IMG/VR virus record: IMGVR_UViG_3300042363_000066
Coordinates: 1-30,678 of that record
Direction: 5' to 3' (one strand)
From: a virus
Lineage: Duplodnaviria; Caudoviricetes
Length of the DNA: 30,678 nt
The position numbers and the translations under genes are program-made. The notes under the pieces are model-generated. The model was not told where the DNA came from, made no database searches, and saw only the letters and a program-made list of their open reading frames with translations. This document shows positions 15,690-24,673 of the stretch, in pieces; the first letter of the stretch is position 1; the number at the start of each line of letters is the position of its first letter.

Positions 15690-16391
15690 GTGAGAATAGA
15701 TAAAGCACAAATACAGGCATTAAGAGACGGCTTCTTACAAAGAAAAGGAAGTACTAACTATACAGGCTTACCTATATTAGAAGAGACACTTGCGTTATAT
15801 GGTCAAGCGTTTAACACTGCAATAGGGGCAAACCTTCAAAAGACGGGGTCTATAAGTTCTGGTAGATTAGCAGAACCTGACTTTCCTATCATTACTAAAT
15901 TTGGTAATAGTTATATTCTAAGTGTTGGTTATGCAAAAGGCAGCGAGGCATCTAAATACTATGACTATGTCAATAAAGGGGTGCAAGGTGTAGGAGGTAA
16001 GAACGCAAAGCCTAAAAAGAACACAGGCGAATACTCATACAAGACACCTTACGCAAATAAAAAGATGGCTACAAGCATCTTATTATGGCTTCGTAAAAGT
16101 GCTAACTCATCACGGAATGAAGATGCCCCAATAACTAAGACACAACGTAAAAGAAAAAAACTTGCTAACATAGTATCTAAAACAGATAGCTTAAAAACAT
16201 TAGCTTATAAAATATCAAGTGCAATTAAGAGAGATGGTTTACGAGCAACGTTCTTTTTTGACAAAGCAATTAATGATGTATTTAATAAAGAATTTATTGA
16301 AAGCATAGCAATCGCAGTAGGTGGCGATGTCCAAATTCAAATAAAGCAAACAATTAACGAAGTTAAGAATGGCAATAACAATAACAAGTAG
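15690..16391 (+). CDS. Putative neck / tail-completion protein (HK97 gp10-like)
   Basis: SGRLA..., YYDYVNKGV.G, I..AIKRDGLRATFFF; basic; lies in the morphogenesis block. Confidence 0.55.
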   Translation: MRIDKAQIQALRDGFLQRKGSTNYTGLPILEETLALYGQAFNTAIGANLQKTGSISSGRLAEPDFPIITKFGNSYILSVGYAKGSEASKYYDYVNKGVQGVGGKNAKPKKNTGEYSYKTPYANKKMATSILLWLRKSANSSRNEDAPITKTQRKRKKLANIVSKTDSLKTLAYKISSAIKRDGLRATFFFDKAINDVFNKEFIESIAIAVGGDVQIQIKQTINEVKNGNNNNK

Positions 16392-17583
16392 CCCTGCACC
16401 ATATTCGTCAATGCACGATAACCTTTGGTTTGTATCAAGTTCTACAAATAGCGGAACTACAAACTTTAAGTTTGTTTATGACGTATATATTAATGGAAGT
16501 CAAGTAATTAGGTCTAAAGTATTTCCTTCTCCAAGTGCAGAAGGTAGTTATGGCGTGTTTAACGCATCACCAATGGTTAGGAGTTTTGTTACTAACTACT
16601 TTGAGCCTTCAGGAAACTCAATACTTGTAGCTTCAAACGATAAAATTAAAGTAGATTACCAAATAAGAGTAGGAGAAGAAGTTAGCGGTGTTACAACTAC
16701 TAACTTAGCATCTGGAAACTTCTCAGCTTACAACTTTGTGCCACCATTATTTGCCGATGTGTTCTTAACAAAAAATCAAACGCCTTTAGTACTATCCGAC
16801 TATTACGATAATTTACTATTAGAAAACTTTACCGATGACTTCTTAACCGAGCGTGATACAGACGAGATTACCCTTGAATACGGAGATAACTTTTACATTA
16901 CGTTCCTTAGAATTGCAACGGGCGGTTATTCAGCGTGGGTAGAAGTATTAGGGCAAGGAGATGTGGTTACCAATACTGTATCGGGTAACATAACCTTAGG
17001 CGGTCAATTCAATATGTTTAACCTACAAGCAGGACACATAAATGATTGGGCGAGTGGAACTATTATAGATGAGAATACTTACGGCTATAACTTCTATTTA
17101 AAAAGAGGTGGCGCACAAACAAGGGTAATAAAACTAAGACATAAGTGCTATCCTAAATACCAACAATTTAATTTAGAGTTCTTAAATAGATTAGGCGGTT
17201 GGGACACAAAGAAGTTTGCCCTTGTAAATAGAAGGTCAAGCGAATATCAAAGAGCATCATACAGGCGAAGCGATTGGCAGCTTGTAGGTGGACAAATGAC
17301 AAACATAGATGGATATAACAGATATAACGAAACGACTTTCAACTATGCTATTCAGCATAAAGATAAATATAGGCTTACTTCTGATTGGGTTAGCGAACAA
17401 GATTATTCGTGGTTGGCTCAGCTTGTATCGTCTCCTATTGTATATATGGAAGTTCTTGGTGCATACTTCCCTGTTACCATAACCACAACTAACTACGAGT
17501 ATAAGTTAGAAAGTGCGGATAAACTATTTAACTTTGAGATTGAAGTAGAAGTAGGCAAATACTTAACAAGCCAATTCAGATAA
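16369..17583 (+). CDS. Virion structural (tail) protein
   Basis: MAITI start, beta-rich, FLNRLGGWD and L..SP.VY motifs; upstream of the tape measure gene. Confidence 0.65.
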   Translation: MAITITSSPAPYSSMHDNLWFVSSSTNSGTTNFKFVYDVYINGSQVIRSKVFPSPSAEGSYGVFNASPMVRSFVTNYFEPSGNSILVASNDKIKVDYQIRVGEEVSGVTTTNLASGNFSAYNFVPPLFADVFLTKNQTPLVLSDYYDNLLLENFTDDFLTERDTDEITLEYGDNFYITFLRIATGGYSAWVEVLGQGDVVTNTVSGNITLGGQFNMFNLQAGHINDWASGTIIDENTYGYNFYLKRGGAQTRVIKLRHKCYPKYQQFNLEFLNRLGGWDTKKFALVNRRSSEYQRASYRRSDWQLVGGQMTNIDGYNRYNETTFNYAIQHKDKYRLTSDWVSEQDYSWLAQLVSSPIVYMEVLGAYFPVTITTTNYEYKLESADKLFNFEIEVEVGKYLTSQFR

Positions 17584-19664
17584 TGATTAGCACAGAAATA
17601 TACATCGAGGAACAGAAGATTGATTTATTGCAGGATATATCTACTGAGTTCACTTATGCCATTGATGATGTAAGTGAGTTTGGTAGTCGCAATACTTCTT
17701 ATAGCAAAACAATTAGCATTCCGGGAACGGCAAACAACAACCTTGTCTTTGGTTACATCTTCGAGCTTAACAATGCTAACTTCACAGACAACACGCTTCC
17801 GAACGTTGGCTATAACTACAATGTTAGTAAACAAGCTAACTGTAAAATCTTTATTGATAAGGTGCAGATATTTAAAGGCACTTTACGAATTTTGGAAATA
17901 GTTATAGACAAAGAAACTATTGAATACCAATGTAGCGTAGTAGGAGAGCTAGGCGGTTTTATTACTACATTAGGGAACAAAAGATTAACAGGTAATATCA
18001 ATGTTGAAGATGATTTAGATTTTAGCGCATATAACCATACTTATAGTGTTGCAAATATTAGTGGGAGTTGGGATAATGCCGGAGGCTCTGGTTACTATTA
18101 TCCTTTGATTGATTACGGAAACGTTAGCACAGGACAATTCGGAATTGCTAAAAAGGACTTCCAATATACAACGTTTAGACCTGCTTTATATGTTAAGGAG
18201 TACATAGAAAAAATATTTGCAGGAACAGATTATACTTTTAACTGCCCGTTCTTTGATGAGCCTTTATTTAAACGCTTAATTATACCTCACAACCAGACAA
18301 ACATAACAACGTTAAATAATACAAGCCTTAACGCAGCAGCTAAATTAATTAGAATAAACACCAATTTGAGTAACATTGTAGAGTATACAATGGTAACGGC
18401 AGGTAGCTTTACTCTTGACGGATTAGGTCAGTTATTTACTTATGGAGTAGTTCCAGCACCAACAATTACAACGGATATAAATATTTTATTAAGAGGTAAC
18501 GTTGTTACCCATAACGTAAATATACCAAACTATTCTGTAATACTCTATAAGAATAACATAGAGATAGGCAGACAAGATTTTGATGCAAGTGTAAGTACTT
18601 TTATGAACTGCCAATTTACAGTTAACGGAGTTACGTTTGCGAATAACGACACAATGCAAGTTCAAATATCAGGCAACGGAATTATCCTTGATATTACTTT
18701 AGGAGAAATAGGAGTTACTACAAGCACCCCTACACAAGTGCAGGTTAATTTAGGAGAAACAATTAAAGTAAACGATGTTATTCCAAGAGGTATATTTCAA
18801 TCAGATTTCTTTTTAAGCATTGTTAAGATGTTTAACCTTTACGTTTATGAGAATAAGTTTAACGACAAGGAACTGGTTATTAGTCCGTATGTGGATTTTT
18901 ATCCTGAGAAAGCGGCTGAAGCTTTGGATTGGACTAACAAAATAGATAGAGCAAAGCCTTTAAGTATAAAGCCAATGAGTGAGATTAATGCTCGTTACTA
19001 CAATTACAAGTTCAAGGCTGACAATGACTTCTATGGCGAGAACTACCGCAAAAAGTATACAGAAGGCTACGGAGATTTTATTTACGATACTGAGTTTGAC
19101 TTTGTAAAAGAAACTGACACCTTAGAAGTTATATTTGCTGCTTCTACATTGTTTCAGCAAACAGGACAGGACAAAGTATTCCCTGCTATTTACAAGAAGT
19201 CAAACACAAATAGCGCAGAAGATAGAATGGATAGCATTATTCGTATAATGCAAACCAAGAAGATTACGGGTGTAGCAAGTTGGAACATTATGAATACAAC
19301 TACTAACTTAGCTACTTATACAAGCTATGGTTACGCAGGACACTTAGATGACCCTATTAACCCTACTAATGACATAAACTTTGGCGCACCTAAAGAAGTA
19401 CAATTTAGTCCTAATAGTTACCCAAGCACAAACGTATTCAATGCTTATCATAGTCCTTATATTGCTGAAATAACAAGCAAGGATAGTAAGCTATTAACGT
19501 GTTTTGGTTTATTGGATATTATAGACATTTTCAATTTAGATTTTAGTAAGTATGTATTTATAGATGGAGTATTGTTTAGGCTTAATAAAGTCGAAAATTT
19601 TAATCCTATGGAATATAACACTACTAAACTATCATTTCTTAAAGTAATAGAAACAAAATATTAA
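17583..19664 (+). CDS. Tail tip / baseplate hub-like structural protein
   Basis: YSKTISIPGTANNN, YYYPLIDYG, RPALYVK, DFFLSIVKMFNL; 693 aa, adjacent to the tape measure gene. Confidence 0.65.
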   Translation: MISTEIYIEEQKIDLLQDISTEFTYAIDDVSEFGSRNTSYSKTISIPGTANNNLVFGYIFELNNANFTDNTLPNVGYNYNVSKQANCKIFIDKVQIFKGTLRILEIVIDKETIEYQCSVVGELGGFITTLGNKRLTGNINVEDDLDFSAYNHTYSVANISGSWDNAGGSGYYYPLIDYGNVSTGQFGIAKKDFQYTTFRPALYVKEYIEKIFAGTDYTFNCPFFDEPLFKRLIIPHNQTNITTLNNTSLNAAAKLIRINTNLSNIVEYTMVTAGSFTLDGLGQLFTYGVVPAPTITTDINILLRGNVVTHNVNIPNYSVILYKNNIEIGRQDFDASVSTFMNCQFTVNGVTFANNDTMQVQISGNGIILDITLGEIGVTTSTPTQVQVNLGETIKVNDVIPRGIFQSDFFLSIVKMFNLYVYENKFNDKELVISPYVDFYPEKAAEALDWTNKIDRAKPLSIKPMSEINARYYNYKFKADNDFYGENYRKKYTEGYGDFIYDTEFDFVKETDTLEVIFAASTLFQQTGQDKVFPAIYKKSNTNSAEDRMDSIIRIMQTKKITGVASWNIMNTTTNLATYTSYGYAGHLDDPINPTNDINFGAPKEVQFSPNSYPSTNVFNAYHSPYIAEITSKDSKLLTCFGLLDIIDIFNLDFSKYVFIDGVLFRLNKVENFNPMEYNTTKLSFLKVIETKY

Positions 19665-21418
19665 TGGCACAACAGAACTCAGTAGATATAAATGTTAACT
19701 TACAAGGTAACGCAGAACAATCGATAGGTAATGTAAAAAAAGCATTAAAAGAAGCCAATGCCGAATTAATAAATGCACAAAATAATTTTGGCGATTATTC
19801 CGACCAAGCTATTGCCGCAGCTAAAAGAGTAGCCGAACTAAAAGATAAAATTAGTGAAGCAAAAGAAACTGCTGATTTATTTGACCCGGGTAAAAAGTTC
19901 CAAGTATTTGCAGGAGCAATTAACGCAGTAGCAGGTGGCTTTACTGCCGTTCAAGGTGCGCTTGGTGTAGTAGGTGCAGAAAGTGAGGAATTGCAAAAGT
20001 CCTTATTAAAAGTACAATCTGCTTTAGCTTTATCGCAAGGTTTATCTGCGGTTACGGATTCAGCAAAGGACTTCCAGCGACTTGCAACAATCGTAAAGAC
20101 AAATGTAGTAACTGCATTTTCTACTTTGCGAGGTGCAATTATCGCAACGGGTGTAGGTGCTTTAGCAATAGCCGTAGGGCTTGTAGCTGCTAACTTTGAT
20201 AAGGTTAAAAAAGCGGTGCTTGATTTTATACCAGGACTTGCACAAGTAGGAACTTTCTTTAGTAGCATTATCGAGAAGGTTACCGACTTCGTAGGTATTA
20301 CATCACAAGCGGAACGTGCTTTAGCTTCTTTAGAAAAAACAACTAAGCGTGGTAACGAAAGTATTGAGGCAAGAATTAAGGTATTAACTGCACAAGGTGG
20401 TAAGGAAAAGGAAATACACGAACTTAATTTGCAGCAAGGAGAAGCAGAACTAAACGCTTTAAGACAAAGGTTAGCTACAACAGGTAAGCTAACAGAAGAT
20501 GAACAAAAAAGATTTAGGGAATTAAAAGTTGAAAGAGAAGTTTTAGATGCACAAGAACGAAAAAGAATAGAAGATAATGCAAAGCAAGTTGCTACTACTG
20601 CTAAGGGTATTTCTGATAAATTAGCACAAGATGAAGCAGATAGGATTGCAAAACAAATTGCAGACGAAAAAAAGTTTACAGAAGATTTATTAGCAGAATA
20701 CGATAAAAGAAGGGGTATTGCAAATAAGGCAAAGATATTAACACAAAAAGATTTAAAAGCCTTAGATGCCCAAGAAGCAGCAGAAAAAGCGGCAAAGCAA
20801 AAAGAAATAGATGACAAAAGAATAGATGAACAAAAAAAAGTTGTTAATTCTACTACTAATTTTACTTTACAAGCTATTCAAACTCAACAGAAGGCAACTG
20901 AGAACTCAGCTCAAAATGTAAATGCTGTAAATAAATGGTTAGCATCTGAGGATAAGAAAAGATTAGATGCAAAGGTTGCAGATACCGAAAGTGCATTAAC
21001 TTTACTTAGTGCTATTGTAGACCAAAATAGTGTCGCAGGAAAGGCTATTGCAGTTGCACAAGCTATCATTAATACTTATCAAGGTGCTACAAGGGCATTA
21101 GGTCAAGGCGGTGTTTTAGGATTTGTAGGTGCAGGTGCGGTAATTGCTGCGGGTTTAGTAAACGTTAAAAAGATTGTTAGCACAAATATACCTTCTGCAA
21201 AAGGAACTGGTACAGTAGGCGGTGGGGCATCTGCTCCAAGCATATCAGCATCAGCCCCTTTAGCACCACCACAACCACAAGCACAAACAACTACCTTAGA
21301 TAATCAAACAATTAATGCAATAGGCAACCAAGCGGTAAGGGCTTATGTAGTAGAAAACGATGTAACGAGTAACCAACAAAGGATTGCAGCTATCAAGCAA
21401 AGGGCAAGGTTTGGTTAA
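19664..21418 (+). CDS. Tape measure protein
   Basis: Ala/Gly-rich amphipathic and coiled-coil segments; IIATGVGALAIAVG; C-terminal VRAYVVENDVT. Confidence 0.82.
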   Translation: MAQQNSVDINVNLQGNAEQSIGNVKKALKEANAELINAQNNFGDYSDQAIAAAKRVAELKDKISEAKETADLFDPGKKFQVFAGAINAVAGGFTAVQGALGVVGAESEELQKSLLKVQSALALSQGLSAVTDSAKDFQRLATIVKTNVVTAFSTLRGAIIATGVGALAIAVGLVAANFDKVKKAVLDFIPGLAQVGTFFSSIIEKVTDFVGITSQAERALASLEKTTKRGNESIEARIKVLTAQGGKEKEIHELNLQQGEAELNALRQRLATTGKLTEDEQKRFRELKVEREVLDAQERKRIEDNAKQVATTAKGISDKLAQDEADRIAKQIADEKKFTEDLLAEYDKRRGIANKAKILTQKDLKALDAQEAAEKAAKQKEIDDKRIDEQKKVVNSTTNFTLQAIQTQQKATENSAQNVNAVNKWLASEDKKRLDAKVADTESALTLLSAIVDQNSVAGKAIAVAQAIINTYQGATRALGQGGVLGFVGAGAVIAAGLVNVKKIVSTNIPSAKGTGTVGGGASAPSISASAPLAPPQPQAQTTTLDNQTINAIGNQAVRAYVVENDVTSNQQRIAAIKQRARFG

Positions 21419-21453
21419 ATGATAACAATTTAAAACACTTAATATTTAAGATT

Positions 21454-22038
21454 ATGGACTTACCTGTTTATTTATTAGACATTAGCGAGGATATGAATGA
21501 CGATGCCGAGGTGGATTATGTGGCACTCGTAGACAGACCTGCTATTCAAAAGAATTGGAATGCCTTTAAAAACCAACAACGCTTTGAAGTGGTTAGCGAA
21601 GATAAGCGTATTATTTCTGGACCTCTTATGCTTGCTGATGTACCTATTTTTCGCAGTGATGCTACTTACGGGGATTATTATGTGGTCTTTAGTAAAGATA
21701 CTATTTTTAAGATTGCTCAAAAGTTTTTCAAAAGAGGCTACCAATCAAACGTAAACTTGATGCACTCCCCTAATGCTCAGGTAGATGGTGTTACTATGTT
21801 TGAAAGCTTTATTACAGACGAAAGCCGTGGCATTTTACCAATGAAGGGTTTTGAAGATGCACCTGATGGGTCTTGGTTTGGTTCTTTTAAGGTAGATAAC
21901 GAAGGCGTATGGAACGATGTTAAAGAGGGCAAATTTAAAGGCTTTAGCGTAGAGGGGTTATTTACCTACAAGACAAAGCCAAGCAAAGAACAAGAACTTA
22001 TGAATGCAATAAAGGAAATATTGCAACGGGTTAAATGA
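21454..22038 (+). CDS. Putative prohead protease (XkdF-like)
   Basis: VALVDRPAI, NLMH, GSWFGSFKV, KGFSVEG. Confidence 0.8.
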   Translation: MDLPVYLLDISEDMNDDAEVDYVALVDRPAIQKNWNAFKNQQRFEVVSEDKRIISGPLMLADVPIFRSDATYGDYYVVFSKDTIFKIAQKFFKRGYQSNVNLMHSPNAQVDGVTMFESFITDESRGILPMKGFEDAPDGSWFGSFKVDNEGVWNDVKEGKFKGFSVEGLFTYKTKPSKEQELMNAIKEILQRVK

Positions 22039-22074
22039 TAAACAAAATCTTTTATTAATATTTAAACAAAAAGA

Positions 22075-22659
22075 ATGATGAACGCAAAAGATGCAATTAT
22101 GCAAATTAGGGCTTTATTCGAAGATATGCCACAAGTAGAAACACCTACTGAAGCACCAATCGAAGAAGTACCTGTTACATTTGCTGAGTATAGCCTTTTA
22201 GATGGTACAAAGGTTATGATTAGCGAACTTGCTATCGGTGGAGAAGTTACATTAGCAGATGGAACACCTGCTCCTGTTGGCGAACACCAATTAGCAGACG
22301 GAACTAAAATCGTATTAGACGAAGCTGCAAAAATTTTATCAATCGAAACTCCAGAAGCTGAAGCAAAAGAAGCTGAAGAAGTACCTGCTGAAATGGGTAA
22401 CAAGATTGACGAAAAAATGGCTGACGAAATCGCTGCTTTAGTGTCTGAAAATGAAAATCTTAAAACACAAGTAGCACAATTAGAGGCAAAAGTTAAGAAT
22501 GGCTTTAGTCAAGTAGCTGAATTAATAGAAGCACTTACTAAGACACCTAACGCTGAACCTATTGCGCAACCAAAACAAACATTCGGTTCTAACGTAACTA
22601 CACACGATATGAAGTACAGTAGAATTGAAAAATTTAGAAACGCTTTATTAAACAAATAA
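22075..22659 (+). CDS. Capsid scaffolding-like protein
   Basis: Acidic with a coiled-coil C-terminus, APVGEHQLADG; between protease and capsid genes. Confidence 0.7.
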   Translation: MMNAKDAIMQIRALFEDMPQVETPTEAPIEEVPVTFAEYSLLDGTKVMISELAIGGEVTLADGTPAPVGEHQLADGTKIVLDEAAKILSIETPEAEAKEAEEVPAEMGNKIDEKMADEIAALVSENENLKTQVAQLEAKVKNGFSQVAELIEALTKTPNAEPIAQPKQTFGSNVTTHDMKYSRIEKFRNALLNK

Positions 22660-22671
22660 AAATAAAATAAA

Positions 22672-23625
22672 ATGGGATTTGATGTATCTGCATTAGCAAA
22701 CTATACAAAAGAAAACGAAGCTCTACTTGTAACTTCGTCTGTATTGGGTGCAAAAACTGCTGCTCTTATTAAGAGTGCAGGTAACGTAATGGTTGGCGTA
22801 AAGTCAAGCGAAAAAATCAACATTATGGAAACAGACGCTATCTTCCAAGATGGTGCTTCTTGTGGCTTTAATGCTTCTGGTTCTACTACCTTTACTCAAC
22901 GTACTGTAACTCCGGGAAAAATTAAAATTAACGAAGCTTTATGTCCTAAAGACCTAGAAGCAAAGTATTTACAGAAGGCTTTACCAACAGGTAGCCAATA
23001 TGATTCTATTCCTTTTGAGCAAGAATATAGCGAAAAGAAAGCTAAGACTATTGCTGCTCAATTAGAAACTGCGTTATGGTTAGGCGACACTTCAAGTGTG
23101 AATGTTAATCTTAATAAATTTGACGGGCTTGTAAAATTAATAGGCGCTGCTTCAGGTGTAGTTGCTGCAAACGCTTCAACTTATATTTCTGGCGCTCCTT
23201 TAAGCTCTATCACTGATGCTAACGTAATCTCTATCTTTGATGGCGTTTACAAAGCAATTCCTGCTAAAGTTGTAGCTGCTGATGATATGACTATTTTTGT
23301 TGGTCAAGATTTATTCCGTACTTACACTGTTGCTCTTAAAAATAGCGGTTCTTTCAATTATCAAATTGATGTAAAGGCTGATAGCGAATTTGTACTTCCG
23401 GGAACTACAATTAAAGTAATTGCAGTTGCAGGTCTTAATGGAACTAATAAAGTTTATGCTTTACGTTTAAGCAATTTATTCCTTGGTACAGATTTATTGA
23501 ATGAAGAAGAAAAGTTCGAAATCTTTTATGCAAAAGAAGCGGACCAAGTTAGGTTTGTATCTGAATTTAAGTTTGGCGTAAACATTGCCTTCCCTGACGA
23601 AGTAGTGAAGTTTATCCTTGCATAA
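22672..23625 (+). CDS. Major capsid protein
   Basis: 317 aa after protease and scaffold, followed by a strong terminator; LCPKDL, FDGLVK, GTDLLNE. Confidence 0.82.
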   Translation: MGFDVSALANYTKENEALLVTSSVLGAKTAALIKSAGNVMVGVKSSEKINIMETDAIFQDGASCGFNASGSTTFTQRTVTPGKIKINEALCPKDLEAKYLQKALPTGSQYDSIPFEQEYSEKKAKTIAAQLETALWLGDTSSVNVNLNKFDGLVKLIGAASGVVAANASTYISGAPLSSITDANVISIFDGVYKAIPAKVVAADDMTIFVGQDLFRTYTVALKNSGSFNYQIDVKADSEFVLPGTTIKVIAVAGLNGTNKVYALRLSNLFLGTDLLNEEEKFEIFYAKEADQVRFVSEFKFGVNIAFPDEVVKFILA

Positions 23626-23631
23626 TTTATA

Positions 23632-23661
23632 GGGGGATTGAAATATATCCCCCACTTTTTT
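23632..23661 (+). terminator. Intrinsic terminator after the capsid gene
   Basis: GGGGGAT-tgaaatat-ATCCCCC followed by ACTTTTTT. Confidence 0.8.
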
Positions 23662-23684
23662 CAAACTAATTAAATTCAAAAAAT

Positions 23685-24206
23685 ATGCCTTGCGCTTTAA
23701 CTCAAAATTACTCCCTTGATTGCAAAGATTCATTGGGCGGAATTACTGAGGTTTATTTCATAGCAGCAGCAGATGTAACTTCTACAACAGAAGCAAGTGG
23801 TGTTATTACCGCTTTAGTAAAAGCATCTGGCAAGAAGTTTTTTAAGTATGAACTTGTAAAAGGCACTTCTCAATTAGTTGAGAATGTTAATGCAAACGTA
23901 CAGAATGGAACTATCTTTTATGCTCCAGAATTAACCATAGTATTAAATAAATTACAAGCGAACACAAGAAATGAAATCTTGTTGTTGGCTCAAAACACTT
24001 TAGTATCAGTTGCCAAAGATAACAATGGAAAATATTGGTACTTAGGAAAAACAAGAGGCTTAGACCTTACAGGCGGTAGCGCAGGTACAGGAACGGCAGA
24101 AGGAGACAGAAGCGGTTATACTCTTACCTTTACAGGTGCAGAACCGGCTCTAGCTCCAGAAGTAAACTCAACTGTGGCGGGTCAATTAACCACCGCAGGT
24201 TCTTAG
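23685..24206 (+). CDS. Major tail (tube) protein
   Basis: CKDSLGGI, DNNGKYWYLG, GTGTAEGDRSGYTLTFTGAE; followed by a terminator. Confidence 0.72.
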   Translation: MPCALTQNYSLDCKDSLGGITEVYFIAAADVTSTTEASGVITALVKASGKKFFKYELVKGTSQLVENVNANVQNGTIFYAPELTIVLNKLQANTRNEILLLAQNTLVSVAKDNNGKYWYLGKTRGLDLTGGSAGTGTAEGDRSGYTLTFTGAEPALAPEVNSTVAGQLTTAGS

Positions 24207-24230
24207 GTTGTTTTGGTTTTGTATATAGAT

Positions 24231-24266
24231 GCCCTCGTCTTTAATTAGGCGGGGGTTTTTTATTTT
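24231..24266 (+). terminator. Intrinsic terminator after the tail tube gene
   Basis: GCCCTCGTCT-ttaatt-AGGCGGGGGT followed by TTTTTATTTT. Confidence 0.8.
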
Positions 24267-24298
24267 GCAAACAATCGTGATAGTTTATATTTATAGTT

Positions 24299-24673
24299 GT
24301 GATAAGATTAATTAAGGGTCAAACCCAAAACATAATACTTACCTTGACTGAGAAGCAGCTTTTAACAAGCCCGAACTATCTATTTATTTTTGAGAATAGA
24401 AGTACAAATACTGAGATTAAATTTGTAAGGCTAAATAATACTGACATAAGCTCATATAAGGAAAGGTACAACGAGTTCACTATTGTAGTTAATAGCTTCT
24501 TTAATACGGCTTTAAATGGGCAATATACCTACACAATCTACGAACAGGCTAGTACATCAAACCTAAATCCTACAGGCTTAAACCTGCTAGAAAGTGGAAT
24601 TATGGAGCTATCTGGCACAACTATATCATTTACGGAATACGAAACAACAAGCACATTCACAATTAGACAATAA
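24299..24673 (+). CDS. Hypothetical structural protein (GTG start)
   Basis: Beta-rich, 124 aa; TAATG-coupled to the portal gene. Confidence 0.7.
   Translation: MIRLIKGQTQNIILTLTEKQLLTSPNYLFIFENRSTNTEIKFVRLNNTDISSYKERYNEFTIVVNSFFNTALNGQYTYTIYEQASTSNLNPTGLNLLESGIMELSGTTISFTEYETTSTFTIRQ

Noticed and set aside
19951-20817. 288-aa minus-strand ORF and the other minus-strand ORFs in the track
   Set aside because: Antisense shadows of well-supported + strand genes (codon bias in Ala/Lys/Glu-rich frames); no motifs or expression signals
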